Assembly: GCA_017609645.1 (NCBI GenBank)
Contig: JAFCDQ010000002.1
Span: 145,470-209,469 of the forward strand
DNA from: Candidatus Woesearchaeota archaeon
Lineage (GTDB): Archaea > Nanobdellota > Nanobdellia > Woesearchaeales > ARS49
Direction of reading: 5' to 3'
DNA length: 64,000 nt
This document shows, in pieces, positions 28,701 through 36,233 of the stretch. Both the position numbers and the translations under genes were made by a program. A model generated the notes under the pieces. The model did not search any database and had not been told where the DNA came from. It worked only from the letters and a program-made list of their open reading frames with translations. Each line of letters begins with the position of its first letter. The stretch's first letter is position 1.

Positions 28701-29142
28701 CACGAATAATAAAAATATCAGAAGTAAAACCAATATGAATATTTTTAACCTTGTTTAAATCAACTGTAAATCTCTTTCCTAATTCTGGTCTAAAATATTC
28801 AACTTTATTATTTTTAATAATTGGAATTCCTTTATCATTAAATGTTTTCACTTGTTTAGTATTTAATTTATCAACATAACTTCTTGTATTCATTACAGCT
28901 TCACAAACAATATCTTTATTTTCTAAATGACACAATTCTTTCTCAGTTTGTATGATACATCTCCTGGTAAAGAAATTAATATTTTCACAATATCTCTCGG
29001 GATATTCAACAGACTTCTCATCTAAAATTGTGCTTCCAGTAATAGAAACATCAAACATATTAACAGAAAGGAACAGAGTTAAAACCATTGTAAGAACTAA
29101 GAAAAATAATGCAAAATTCCTGTGCATTCTTAATTCTCTCAT
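22771..29142 (-). CDS. giant membrane-anchored surface protein: LamG domains + GH123/DUF4091-like domain + Cys-rich linkers
   Basis: N- and C-terminal TMs; FDGxDDY...WHQV...G.IDE/N.RVYN LamG signatures; FWITIEVP...GNYTG.ITV, VVDEP, FEGLREGITDSKYL; two CxNGxC(E/D)...NCPEDC motifs. Confidence 0.85.
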   Translation of the reverse strand: MRELRMHRNFALFFLVLTMVLTLFLSVNMFDVSITGSTILDEKSVEYPERYCENINFFTRRCIIQTEKELCHLENKDIVCEAVMNTRSYVDKLNTKQVKTFNDKGIPIIKNNKVEYFRPELGKRFTVDLNKVKNIHIGFTSDIFIIRDFYYGTCDEGDNCTIDVGVEIKPFDSQATLPQINDLVARWDFVEDATDTGILRKSNGTVHGATHTFERYEFDGKDDYIILDDNLTITNTSTILAWIKREDLTSWESILGVVAGGHFLAIRDWDELVIQYITNEGRKSCYSSTLILDTDWHQVGAVLYGDGTTRTKMYIDGVDVTDLAKCGIWNTSAVAFKAEFIGFGSALYTNGSIENVYVWNRSLTANEIEEVYNQTRFNTSGNTQTYSGTFTGGIIDTNNVSSNWTTLSWTTTEPAGTSVEVKYRIGNYTRINESNPSLRNLWKFNRTDSTNITANNTINGNLSLHYKFNSINDFADYSGQENNGTNNGTAYTQEGFIRGGRVFDGVDDYIVINNNITITNTSTVLVWIKRADITTWNLILGVTAGGYYLGIRDWDELIVQYATEEGRKSCYSSTLILDKEWHQVGTVLYGDGTTRTKMYIDGQDVTNLAKCGIWNTSAVAFAAEFIGFGSAIYNDGEIDNLRVYNISLNDSQVKEIYAKEAGIYDEIGSNYGREHNTTRTGGLFESNGALKFDGDTSSINVSYINVSNRSIVSWIKEVGKAWTFLVTTPATNYTGGVAGGAAHIPFNGTDIGVYVNGTFFNGTIDVLATYNKTLNANEISDLFINWSSWSNYDDNSGSILDDEGRLLQYQARLNTTNNANTPVLHSTTNLQLIQEPNLMAYYSFNNASGECDADSVFDLSGNYRDGEIIGTVNFSGTQNGNALVLNGGGYIKLPSDLGNLSDEYTITFLTRFNQGTQNDMIALGFYEGYSFEVETRNSSYFLFNQTRPIGTSARLNLFYEPNRWTFWALQFDGSKMRLYKNGEGLYLSRNMNLLGSSSLCNAIGGNRTCAAGEFNGSIDEVRIYNVSLSIEKILNISRSLNYCSNGVCDSGENYSNCPEDCLILNCINNATVKCLDFGGVDDLNGTINVTPTNTFSANFSEGGVTFRNLTSGNETNISFLAFNNNSDGLPLTNMIVEIRYKDVGNSSLVGTTDTNKIRIQSYAAFRNTSFDVVSLPGYKSDNVVVEHGLIKRSNLSLLKSVDGVYKIQLRSAANPNLPIDYVALHAVTQNNYELWEDLLANKSGFKRFDQTRTNVISKDVVWFSKNIMAPVYETTIPAADEINNSINKTIAKGETFSISFSIASLVNLTSVEVNLTNLSNSQESLPVSNISVYQVAQGLKFWNSYSLDDINRQAIGLMPDLLNKFDYINIIQNKTQRFWITIEVPETALGNYTGNITVYNNSEKLFDIPVRIDVLNFTLNLPDSQSFLYASPLMLLNSENNTKVYENIEEHQANTVVQVASAPDIEMHKNGEAGCTAVICYNLSEVENYFDVLQNQNILPREQYLVISPSRSLRVATELGVTAGTIYEQFSNKTFIDAYIILIQNLSSVGDVRGIELIFSVVDEPADDLEKRVYADRLLGIIKNNVSDERTWTTYTYPRCENNVVGTGTYAPIGTNIPGLDPLLDYKLHALTSTTNETRIDANASKFGYYTTYYSNLRNPVYNRFLAGYFAYKTTAKAVGVYAYGSYIKDPYIDFDLFWSYNLARNLPDFLLAYPTWNGDMLSTISFEGLREGITDSKYLAKLTNLTINLPLNPVAIEANRTLNNLFTGLSVNWVADYEEEGNIYGFDHIILRNLSSTNNQSDYGVFDDIRANLTEYILQLLTFCGNGICEMNYSENVTNCPEDCDVDRDLIIDPKDPLIGNKSFVTTNLVNFSIEVNGSSNLGQNFTGVLVVLFNETNLPSVEFLWNFSLNKLKLNWINVSKLFNGSFGAISVSGLNLSNQSGKSLYVDIVLNSGRVCVEDVENVTVANLSNTCDDVNEFLIDCPGTSGKYVCSLSQGKYKIDNLDYSAAGESNAAAAAAGAAGGGGTPEVVNYSSIPVNEIPGVREFPGGASIMGEELEEGVGPGEGGVPAAGKAFFFGVETTANWAVVFYVSATFAILFFILIIIQIKNKYKRKKWRRRK
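27230..28492 (-). repeat. intragenic duplication of a LamG domain (~410 bp x2)
   Basis: ~27230-27640 and ~28080-28492 share long identical nucleotide runs. Confidence 0.9.
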
Positions 29143-29381
29143 TTAGCCATTTCCTCTACTGCTTTGAGTGGTGAGATTAGTTTGTACAATCTTTTACGAG
29201 AATCATTTGGATCAAGCTCAACAATTAGCCAGCCATATTTCTTTAAACGAGAAAGTATAATGCTAGTATTGGGCAGTTTTAGCAATTTTTCAGCTTGAGA
29301 AAAAGTGAATTGTTTAGCTTTGAATTTAGTCCAAAGTCTAGAGTACGCCAGCATAATCCATTTTGGTAATGGGGCAATCAT
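29139..29381 (-). CDS. small winged-helix DNA-binding protein (copy B)
   Basis: PLPKWIMLAYSR and LDPNDSRKRLYKLISP are identical to copy A; ATGA overlap with the giant gene. Confidence 0.82.
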   Translation of the reverse strand: MIAPLPKWIMLAYSRLWTKFKAKQFTFSQAEKLLKLPNTSIILSRLKKYGWLIVELDPNDSRKRLYKLISPLKAVEEMAK

Positions 29382-29427
29382 TTATATAACCTATTTGGTC
29401 AATAAATATGCTATTTGGTTATATAAA
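29381..29427 (-). promoter_or_regulatory. promoter/operator: 11-bp inverted repeat overlapping a TATA box
   Basis: TTTATATAACC (29381-29391) / GGTTATATAAA (29417-29427); CTATTTGGT twice at a 20-bp period. Confidence 0.65.
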
Positions 29428-29486
29428 GGTTTCTGAAAAATAGCTTTGAAATTAGGATTTAGAAGGTTAGTAGAATGCTATAAAAG

Positions 29487-29867
29487 TTAATCTTTTTTGT
29501 TTGATTTTAAATAGTCTTTAATCAATTCTAAATCAGTCTTATCTTTTTCTTGACCTCTTTTTTCTTTCCAAGAAATCATATATTTTAATTTAACAAAACG
29601 AATAGCCTCAAAAATATCAGCATCATCAATAAGTTCATTAACATCATCAAAGGTCTGCCAATTATGGAAAATATCAATATTTCCAATTCTGATTAAATCA
29701 CTATCAACAGGATATTTTTTCTTTAACTCAACCCATAAATCATCTTTAACAATTATATCAACATCTCTCACTTCTCTAATATTCCTAATCGCCAAAGGAC
29801 CGCTTCCAAAAACTGCAAATTTATCTTTCGGAAGATTTAATTTTTTAATTTCTTCTAAGAATTTCAT
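29487..29867 (-). CDS. nucleotidyltransferase-fold hypothetical protein
   Basis: VFGSG...RDVDIIV; RGQEKDKTD. Confidence 0.7.
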   Translation of the reverse strand: MKFLEEIKKLNLPKDKFAVFGSGPLAIRNIREVRDVDIIVKDDLWVELKKKYPVDSDLIRIGNIDIFHNWQTFDDVNELIDDADIFEAIRFVKLKYMISWKEKRGQEKDKTDLELIKDYLKSNKKD

Positions 29868-30949
29868 CTTATAAATTTCAATTTACTAACTTGTTTTCTG
29901 GCTTTTTCCAAATTAGCATAAAAAGTCTGCATAAACATCTTGAAATGTTCAATACAATGAGCTTTATCCTCGCCACAAGTAAGCTTGCCTTTCTTGCATT
30001 TATCATAAATTTTCTGCAATTCTTTATCATCATTAATCAAATGCTGCTTGTAAAGCTCAAAAATCATGCACTCTTCTGGCTTTCCTCCAAGCTTACGCTG
30101 TTTTTCAACAGTTTCTCTGCCCCCAGTCTTAGCAGCTTTAATTTTCTTAGTAATAGACTTAATATCTTCAGGAAGTTCTATACAACTACCTGGCTTAGAC
30201 TTAGACATCTTTAAACTACCATCTAATCCTGGCGTAAACTTATGATACAAACTACTAATAGGAACAAAATCATACTTAACTCTAGTTCTTGATATTATAT
30301 CTCTGCATAATCTAACATGAGGATCTTGATCAACTCCTACAGGAATAATACCAGGCATTTTTTCAACAGTCTGAGGATATAACATATCACCACTTTGCAA
30401 AACAGCAGCCATAATTCTACTAGGATCTGCCTGACCATAAATAGATCTAAACTCATTCAAAGTAACTTTCTTAGCAAACTCATAACCCATATTCATAACT
30501 TTACGATTTTCAGACTGAAAATAAAAAATAGTTTTTTTAGGATCTAAACCAAGAGCAATATAAGCAGGAATATGAAAATTCAAAGCACGCTTTTGAGCTT
30601 CTTCTAAACTAATATCTCTAGTAGCAGCTGCTTCAAGATCAGCAATAAGAATATATGTCTTAGCACCATGATCTTGGAAATATCTCAAATTCTCAACAAC
30701 CATCTTATTACCAAAATGAATCTTTTCTGCAGAAGGCATAATTCCAGAAAGCGCATAGAATTTCTTTTTTTTCTTTAAACACTCAGCAATCCTCTTAAGA
30801 TCTCTACCCGCAAAAACCACACCTCTACGCATAATTCTATTAGGCTTAGGAAAAGTCTTAGGAGTAAATATCTCTAAACCAAAATCCTTGATTATTTTTT
30901 CATAATCTTTAACAAGGACAGAACCCCAAGGGTCAATAATCGCGGTCAT
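29864..30949 (-). CDS. trpS: tryptophan--tRNA ligase
   Basis: IDPWG, HFGN (HIGH), PVGVDQDPH, KMSKS, CGEDK. Confidence 0.96.
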   Translation of the reverse strand: MTAIIDPWGSVLVKDYEKIIKDFGLEIFTPKTFPKPNRIMRRGVVFAGRDLKRIAECLKKKKKFYALSGIMPSAEKIHFGNKMVVENLRYFQDHGAKTYILIADLEAAATRDISLEEAQKRALNFHIPAYIALGLDPKKTIFYFQSENRKVMNMGYEFAKKVTLNEFRSIYGQADPSRIMAAVLQSGDMLYPQTVEKMPGIIPVGVDQDPHVRLCRDIISRTRVKYDFVPISSLYHKFTPGLDGSLKMSKSKPGSCIELPEDIKSITKKIKAAKTGGRETVEKQRKLGGKPEECMIFELYKQHLINDDKELQKIYDKCKKGKLTCGEDKAHCIEHFKMFMQTFYANLEKARKQVSKLKFIR

Positions 30950-31037
30950 GCACTAAAAAAAGGAAAAGGAGTATTAAAGCATTTTGGTTAAAATAGACAA
31001 AAACCTTATAAATCACTCAGGAGTATATACACTATAG

Positions 31038-31164
31038 CCCTTCTTAGCTCAACGGTAGAGCGTTCGGCTGTAGATCAAATCACTCTCTGACTGTGCATAA
31101 TGCTGGGAATGAAAGAGAGTCAGCTGAAACCGAAAGGTTCCCGGTTCGAATCCGGGAGAGGGGA
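31038..31164 (+). tRNA. tRNA-Tyr(GTA) with a 55-nt intron at 37/38 (31074-31128)
   Basis: C1:G72, A73; D arm AGCTCAACGGTAGAGC; anticodon stem TTCGG/CCGAA; T arm CCCGG-TTCGAAT-CCGGG; no encoded CCA. Confidence 0.94.
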
Positions 31165-31185
31165 TACAAATTTCAGGGGAAAGAA

Positions 31186-32334
31186 ATGGAAAAACGAATA
31201 TATTTAGACCATGCGGCAACAACTTACTTAGATGAAGAAGTATTAAATGAAATGATTTCTGTACTGAAAAATATACCTGGTAATCCAAGCAGCCTGCACA
31301 GCACAGGATTAGAAGCAAAAGAAACATTAGATGCTGCAAGAGAAAAAGTAGCGAAAATCATTAACGCAAAATCAAGTGAAATACTATTCATGTCAGGAGG
31401 AACAGAAAGCGACAACTTTGCATTAAAAGGATTTATGGATGACAAAAAAGGAAAACATATCATAACAACACTAATAGAACATCCTGCTGTATATAATAGC
31501 TGCAAATACTTAGAATCAAAAGGATTTAAAATAACATATTTACTGCCAAACAAAGAAGGAATAGTTTCTGCAGCAGATGTAGAAAAAGCGATAACAAGAA
31601 AAACAGTACTTGTTTCTGTGATGTACGCAAACAATGAAACAGGAGCAATCAATCCAATAAAAGAAATATCAGAAGTATGCAAAAAAAACAAAATAACATT
31701 TCACACAGATGCGTGCCAAGCAGGATTATTAAATTTAGATGTAGAAGAATTAGGTGCTGACATGATGACATTAAATGCTGGCAAGATTTATGGACCAAAA
31801 GGAGTAGGCATGCTATATCTTAAACAAGGAACAAAAATAACCCCACTAATTCACGGTGGAGGACAAGAATTTGGATTAAGAAACGGAACAGAAAATGTTG
31901 CGGGTTATGTCGGATTTGCAAAAGCACTAGAATTAATCCAAGCAAATAGGGAAAAAGAAAGTGCAAGATTAAGAAAATTAAGCAACAACTTATTAAAAGG
32001 TTTAATGGAAATTGAAGGTGTTGACTTAAACGGTCCTGTCGATTCTAATAATAGACTTCCTAAAACAATTGATGTTTCTTTCAAAAAAGTAGAAGGAGAA
32101 TCACTAATGCTATTACTAAATGAAAAAGGGATAGAAGTAAGCACAGGAAGTGCCTGCAGCAGCAAGAGCTTGAAACCAAGCAGAATTTTAATGGCATCAG
32201 GCTGTGGAGAAGAAGAAGCACATGGAAGTGTAAGATTTAGTCTTGGTAAGAGAACCACCGAAAAAGATATTGATTATACAATCAAAACAGTAAAAGTATG
32301 TGTTGAAAAATTGAGGAAAATAAGCCCATTATGA
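31186..32334 (+). CDS. iscS: cysteine desulfurase IscS/NifS
   Basis: IYLDHAATT, SGGTESDN, NNETG, HTDACQ, KIYGPKG, STGSAC; start reassigned to 31186 because the longer ORF overlaps the tRNA. Confidence 0.95.
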   Translation: MEKRIYLDHAATTYLDEEVLNEMISVLKNIPGNPSSLHSTGLEAKETLDAAREKVAKIINAKSSEILFMSGGTESDNFALKGFMDDKKGKHIITTLIEHPAVYNSCKYLESKGFKITYLLPNKEGIVSAADVEKAITRKTVLVSVMYANNETGAINPIKEISEVCKKNKITFHTDACQAGLLNLDVEELGADMMTLNAGKIYGPKGVGMLYLKQGTKITPLIHGGGQEFGLRNGTENVAGYVGFAKALELIQANREKESARLRKLSNNLLKGLMEIEGVDLNGPVDSNNRLPKTIDVSFKKVEGESLMLLLNEKGIEVSTGSACSSKSLKPSRILMASGCGEEEAHGSVRFSLGKRTTEKDIDYTIKTVKVCVEKLRKISPL

Positions 32335-32735
32335 AAAAAAAATTCTTATATTCAGATAAAGTAAAAGAACACTTTATCAATCCAAAAAATTTCTTGACCG
32401 ACAAAGACGTAGCTAAATGGAACAAAGAAGCAGACGGTATAGGAGAAGCAGGAAGTCCTGCATGCGGAGATGTAATGAAAGTTTGGATAAAAGTTAAAGA
32501 TAACAAAATTGTCGAATGTAGATGGCAGACATATGGGTGCGCATCAGCAATAGCAAGCACATCAGCAATGTCAGAAATGGTAAAAGGCATGACACTAGAC
32601 GAAGCAGAAAAATTAACACCAAAAGAAATATCAGAAAAATTAGGCGGTCTGCCACAAATTAAAGTTCATTGTTCTGTATTAGGAAATGATGCTTTAAAAA
32701 CAGCAATAAAAAATTATAAGGAGAAACAAAAATGA
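32331..32735 (+). CDS. iscU: Fe-S scaffold IscU/NifU
   Basis: HFINPKN, PACGD, GCASAIAS, KVHCS. Confidence 0.95.
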   Translation: MKKKFLYSDKVKEHFINPKNFLTDKDVAKWNKEADGIGEAGSPACGDVMKVWIKVKDNKIVECRWQTYGCASAIASTSAMSEMVKGMTLDEAEKLTPKEISEKLGGLPQIKVHCSVLGNDALKTAIKNYKEKQK

Positions 32736-32935
32736 GCGAAATAACAAAAGAAATGAAAATAAAAGAAATTCTTGAAAAAAAACCAGAAGCAGGAGAAATA
32801 TTAATACAAGCAGGCATATCCTGCCTAGGCTGTCCTATGGCAGCAATGGAAACATTAGAACAAGGATTAAAAGCACATGGAAAAAGTGATGAAGAAATAG
32901 AAGAGATAATTAAGAAAATAAATTCTTTAAAATAA
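32732..32935 (+). CDS. DUF1858 family protein
   Basis: ITKEMKIKEIL...CLGCPMA..ETLEQG..AHG. Confidence 0.88.
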   Translation: MSEITKEMKIKEILEKKPEAGEILIQAGISCLGCPMAAMETLEQGLKAHGKSDEEIEEIIKKINSLK

Positions 32936-32938
32936 TAA

Positions 32939-33059
32939 TTTTGCTGCCAATTCGCTTGTTCGCGGAGTATATTCGAATAGCGACATCCCCGAAGGGGGCG
33001 ACCCTCTGTCGCTGTTAATAAAAATCATAATAAGTAAGCTCATAAAACAGGCAGCAAAA
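32939..33059. ncRNA. unidentified structured intergenic element
   Basis: 10-bp terminal inverted repeat, 10-bp inner stem, cUUCGg hairpin on the minus strand. Confidence 0.4.
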
Positions 33060-33060
33060 A

Positions 33061-33462
33061 TTAAATCAACAGTGATAAAAAAGTAATCATAGCTCCAACA
33101 GAAACTGCAACAAAAACTCCAAGCCAAATTCTAGTCTTCACGTTTTGTTGCGTATCAAAACCTAAATGCTTAATAGAACTCTGCAAATCCTCATAAATAC
33201 TCTTTTCTTTAAAATGCTGCTTAAGCAAATGTTTCATATGATGCTTATTCTTAACAGTCTTCATCTTAGAAGCAAGATCAATCTCATTCATAGTATGCTC
33301 TACCCAATTAGCAAAATCATTTTTTTTAGAATTAACATGATGAGCATAAACAGAATCTTCCATCTTAGGAAGTTCAGCAACAAGCATATGCAAATTCTTC
33401 AGCTCTCTGCCATCCTTTAACCAAAAATACTGCTTTTTAGGAATCTTAGGAATTCTATTCAT
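33061..33462 (-). CDS. DUF5752-like protein with C-terminal TM
   Basis: FWLKDGRELKNL...HHVN..KNDFANWV. Confidence 0.75.
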   Translation of the reverse strand: MNRIPKIPKKQYFWLKDGRELKNLHMLVAELPKMEDSVYAHHVNSKKNDFANWVEHTMNEIDLASKMKTVKNKHHMKHLLKQHFKEKSIYEDLQSSIKHLGFDTQQNVKTRIWLGVFVAVSVGAMITFLSLLI

Positions 33463-33860
33463 TTTTTAGCCTCAATAAATTTCCTCACAACATGCTTAAG
33501 CAAAGTCCTCTGAGTATCAAACCTATTATTAACCAATTGCAATTCATCTGCAACAACATCTTCCTTTAACACGTCTCTTAACCAATTACTAAAATCATTC
33601 TTAAATTCATTAACATGAGAATAAAAAACTTCATCAGACATTGTTTCAAGCTCATCAATCAAATGCACAATATTTTTTAATTTTCTGCCATCCTCAAGAA
33701 CAAAAGCAACACTTTTCCTGCATTCTTTCAAAATCGCTTTTGGACAAGGTTTTTTAGGACAAGCTCGCTTAACTTTTTTAGGTTTTTTCGGGCAAGCTTT
33801 TTTAACAGATTTCTTAGTTTTTTTAGCTTTAACCTTTTTTTTCTTAACCACCTTAAACAC
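33459..33860 (-). CDS. DUF5752-like protein with Lys-rich N-terminus
   Basis: FVLEDGRKLKNI...HVNEFKNDFSNWL. Confidence 0.75.
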   Translation of the reverse strand: MFKVVKKKKVKAKKTKKSVKKACPKKPKKVKRACPKKPCPKAILKECRKSVAFVLEDGRKLKNIVHLIDELETMSDEVFYSHVNEFKNDFSNWLRDVLKEDVVADELQLVNNRFDTQRTLLKHVVRKFIEAKK

Positions 33861-35070
33861 CCCTTTTCTGCTTAATTGAAGGTTTATCCATTTTTAAACC
33901 TTTCGTATCTTTAACCCTGTGTATAATATCATTCAAGACATTCATAAAAGCCACATAACCCTCATAAGGCGTATCATAAGGATTAAAATACTTATGAACA
34001 TCACCATCATTAAACCATTTTGTACACATGTAATAAAAATGATCACTTGTTGTTAATTTACGCCAAGAATCAATCAACTGCTTATTATTAGAACGCAAAA
34101 CAGCACCTTTAATTCTGTATAATAAAGCAGCAGCACTTCTTTGAAGATCATTACCAAGCCAAGCACTCGTATCCCTCTCAGTATCAGCCCAACTAACAGG
34201 CTCTTTAAAATCCAAAACAGCTTTTGGCTTGAACTTAAGAAGTTCAGAAGGCTTAAAAAAAGTCAAACCCTTATTTTTTAATTCACCAGGCAAAGCAGCT
34301 AAAAAATCAAAAATACCGGTATCCTGCCATTGATGCTCACCAAAAGTTTCATAATCAAGGAAGAGATTAACAAACTCTCCGCCACTAGCGTTAATCCAAT
34401 CAGCATATTTTTCAGCAGTTAAAGGCCAGCCTTCCCAAGACTGCTGACTAAAACGAAAAGCAACATCATCACTCAACTTATAATTCTTCAACAATAATTT
34501 AACATCACAATCTTTAGCCTTGTAAACATGATTAGGGCTGCGCCATTCCAAAATCTTGCCAGCACCCTCTGCAAGAATAGCTTTGAAGCCAAGCTTTTCA
34601 ACAAACTTCGCAAGATCATTAGAGTAAATCAATTCAGTATTACGAAAAATTTTAGACTTTTGATTAAAAAAAGATTTCATCAATTTTTTATGCTCAGCAA
34701 TCTGAAATTGAAACTCCTCTTTATCAAACAAAAACGACAAACTATGATTATAAGTTTCAGCAAGAAATTCTACTCCCCCTGTACTAGCTAAATCAGAAAA
34801 AGATTTTAACACATTAGGAGCATGTTCCTGAAATTGTTCAAAAATACTTCCAGTAACACTAAACGCAACTTTAAAATCCTCGTGCTTAGCTAAAGAATCC
34901 AAAAGAATCTTATTAGCAGGCAAATAACATTTCTCACTAACTTTTTTTAACACTTGACTGTTTTTTGCAATATCAAAATAATCTTTTTTCCTGCCAATAT
35001 CAAAAACACTAAAATCCTTTCTAATACGATAAGGCTGATGAACCTGAAAATAAAAACAAACTCCCTTCAT
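33853..35070 (-). CDS. glycoside hydrolase family 57 (alpha-amylase)
   Basis: FQVHQP, ETYNHS, FRNTELIY, DYETFGEH, SWAD, TSDHFYYM. Confidence 0.95.
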   Translation of the reverse strand: MKGVCFYFQVHQPYRIRKDFSVFDIGRKKDYFDIAKNSQVLKKVSEKCYLPANKILLDSLAKHEDFKVAFSVTGSIFEQFQEHAPNVLKSFSDLASTGGVEFLAETYNHSLSFLFDKEEFQFQIAEHKKLMKSFFNQKSKIFRNTELIYSNDLAKFVEKLGFKAILAEGAGKILEWRSPNHVYKAKDCDVKLLLKNYKLSDDVAFRFSQQSWEGWPLTAEKYADWINASGGEFVNLFLDYETFGEHQWQDTGIFDFLAALPGELKNKGLTFFKPSELLKFKPKAVLDFKEPVSWADTERDTSAWLGNDLQRSAAALLYRIKGAVLRSNNKQLIDSWRKLTTSDHFYYMCTKWFNDGDVHKYFNPYDTPYEGYVAFMNVLNDIIHRVKDTKGLKMDKPSIKQKRGV

Positions 35071-36233
35071 GAATCCCCCCTAACTTCCTTATAAATATCT
35101 AAAACCTCTTTTGCAGGCTTAAAAATATCATGATGCAAAACTTCTTTAAAACCATTTTGTTTTAATTCATGCTTCAAAGAAGGATAACGCAAAATAGAGA
35201 CTATATCACAAGTCATCTTATCAACATCCCAAAAATCCAGCTTAAAACAATTCTTAATAACTTCACTCGCACCGCTTTGCTTGCTGATAATTAAAGGAGT
35301 TTTATTTCTCATGCTTTCCAAAGCAACAAGACCAAAAGGTTCAGAAACCGAAGGCATCACAAAAACATCAGCCATCTGAAAAGCCTTATGCACATCAGCA
35401 CCCTTAAGAGCGCCAGTAAAAATAACATGTTCATCAATACCAAGCTTATGAGCTAAAGAAACAAGCTCAGGCATCATCGTACCACTACCCACAATAATAA
35501 ACTTAGTATTTTTCTCAAGTTCAAGAACTTTTTTAGCAGCCTGCAAAAAATAATCACAACCTTTCTGCACAGTAAGTCTGCCAAGAAACAAAACAATCTT
35601 ATGAGTCTTACTTAATTCTGACTTAAAATTTAACTCAAAATCAGGCGAGCTTTGATCAATACCCCAATAAACAACCTTAATTTTTTCAGCAGGAACATCA
35701 TAATTCTTAATAATATTATTTTTAGAAAAATTAGAATTAGTTATGATAACATCAGCTTCTTCAAGACCTCTTCGCTCTAAAAATTTAATATGCGGGTCAG
35801 GATTATTAGCAGTTCTATCAAATTCAGTGGCATGCAAATGAACAACCAAAGGCTTTCCTGACAATTTTTTAGCAATAATACCTGCACCATAAGTCATCCA
35901 ATCATGAGCATGAATAACATCATGCTTAAATTTTTTAGCTAACTTGCCTGCAAAACGAGCATAACGCGCAACCTCCCCAAACAAATTCCAGGAATACACG
36001 TCATCATCACCTGGCTGAGCATAAGCAGTCAACATACTTTCAATCTCCTTAGTATCAACACCAACAAGCTCAACAAACTCAGCTTTACTGCCAGGCTTAA
36101 CAGGCATAACAAAAACAACTTTAGAATCAAAACTAGACAAACCTTTAGTAAGATCATGGCATGCAGTACCAAGACCCCCTGACTTAAACGGAGGGAACTC
36201 CCATCCATACATTAACACTTTAGGCTGCTGCAT
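35067..36233 (-). CDS. GT4 glycosyltransferase, glycogen-synthase-like
   Basis: WEFPP..SGGLG, HAHDW, HATE, SEPFGLVALE; next to GH57. Confidence 0.9.
   Translation of the reverse strand: MQQPKVLMYGWEFPPFKSGGLGTACHDLTKGLSSFDSKVVFVMPVKPGSKAEFVELVGVDTKEIESMLTAYAQPGDDDVYSWNLFGEVARYARFAGKLAKKFKHDVIHAHDWMTYGAGIIAKKLSGKPLVVHLHATEFDRTANNPDPHIKFLERRGLEEADVIITNSNFSKNNIIKNYDVPAEKIKVVYWGIDQSSPDFELNFKSELSKTHKIVLFLGRLTVQKGCDYFLQAAKKVLELEKNTKFIIVGSGTMMPELVSLAHKLGIDEHVIFTGALKGADVHKAFQMADVFVMPSVSEPFGLVALESMRNKTPLIISKQSGASEVIKNCFKLDFWDVDKMTCDIVSILRYPSLKHELKQNGFKEVLHHDIFKPAKEVLDIYKEVRGDS

Noticed and set aside
31093-31185. N-terminal extension of IscS in the ORF track
   Set aside because: It overlaps tRNA-Tyr; family similarity begins at MEKRIYLD (31186)
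32939-33059. 5S rRNA, SRP RNA or SECIS
   Set aside because: Terminal stem polarity and the CCGAAC loop of 5S are missing, the SRP helix-8 motif is not matched, and there is no in-frame UGA selenoprotein nearby
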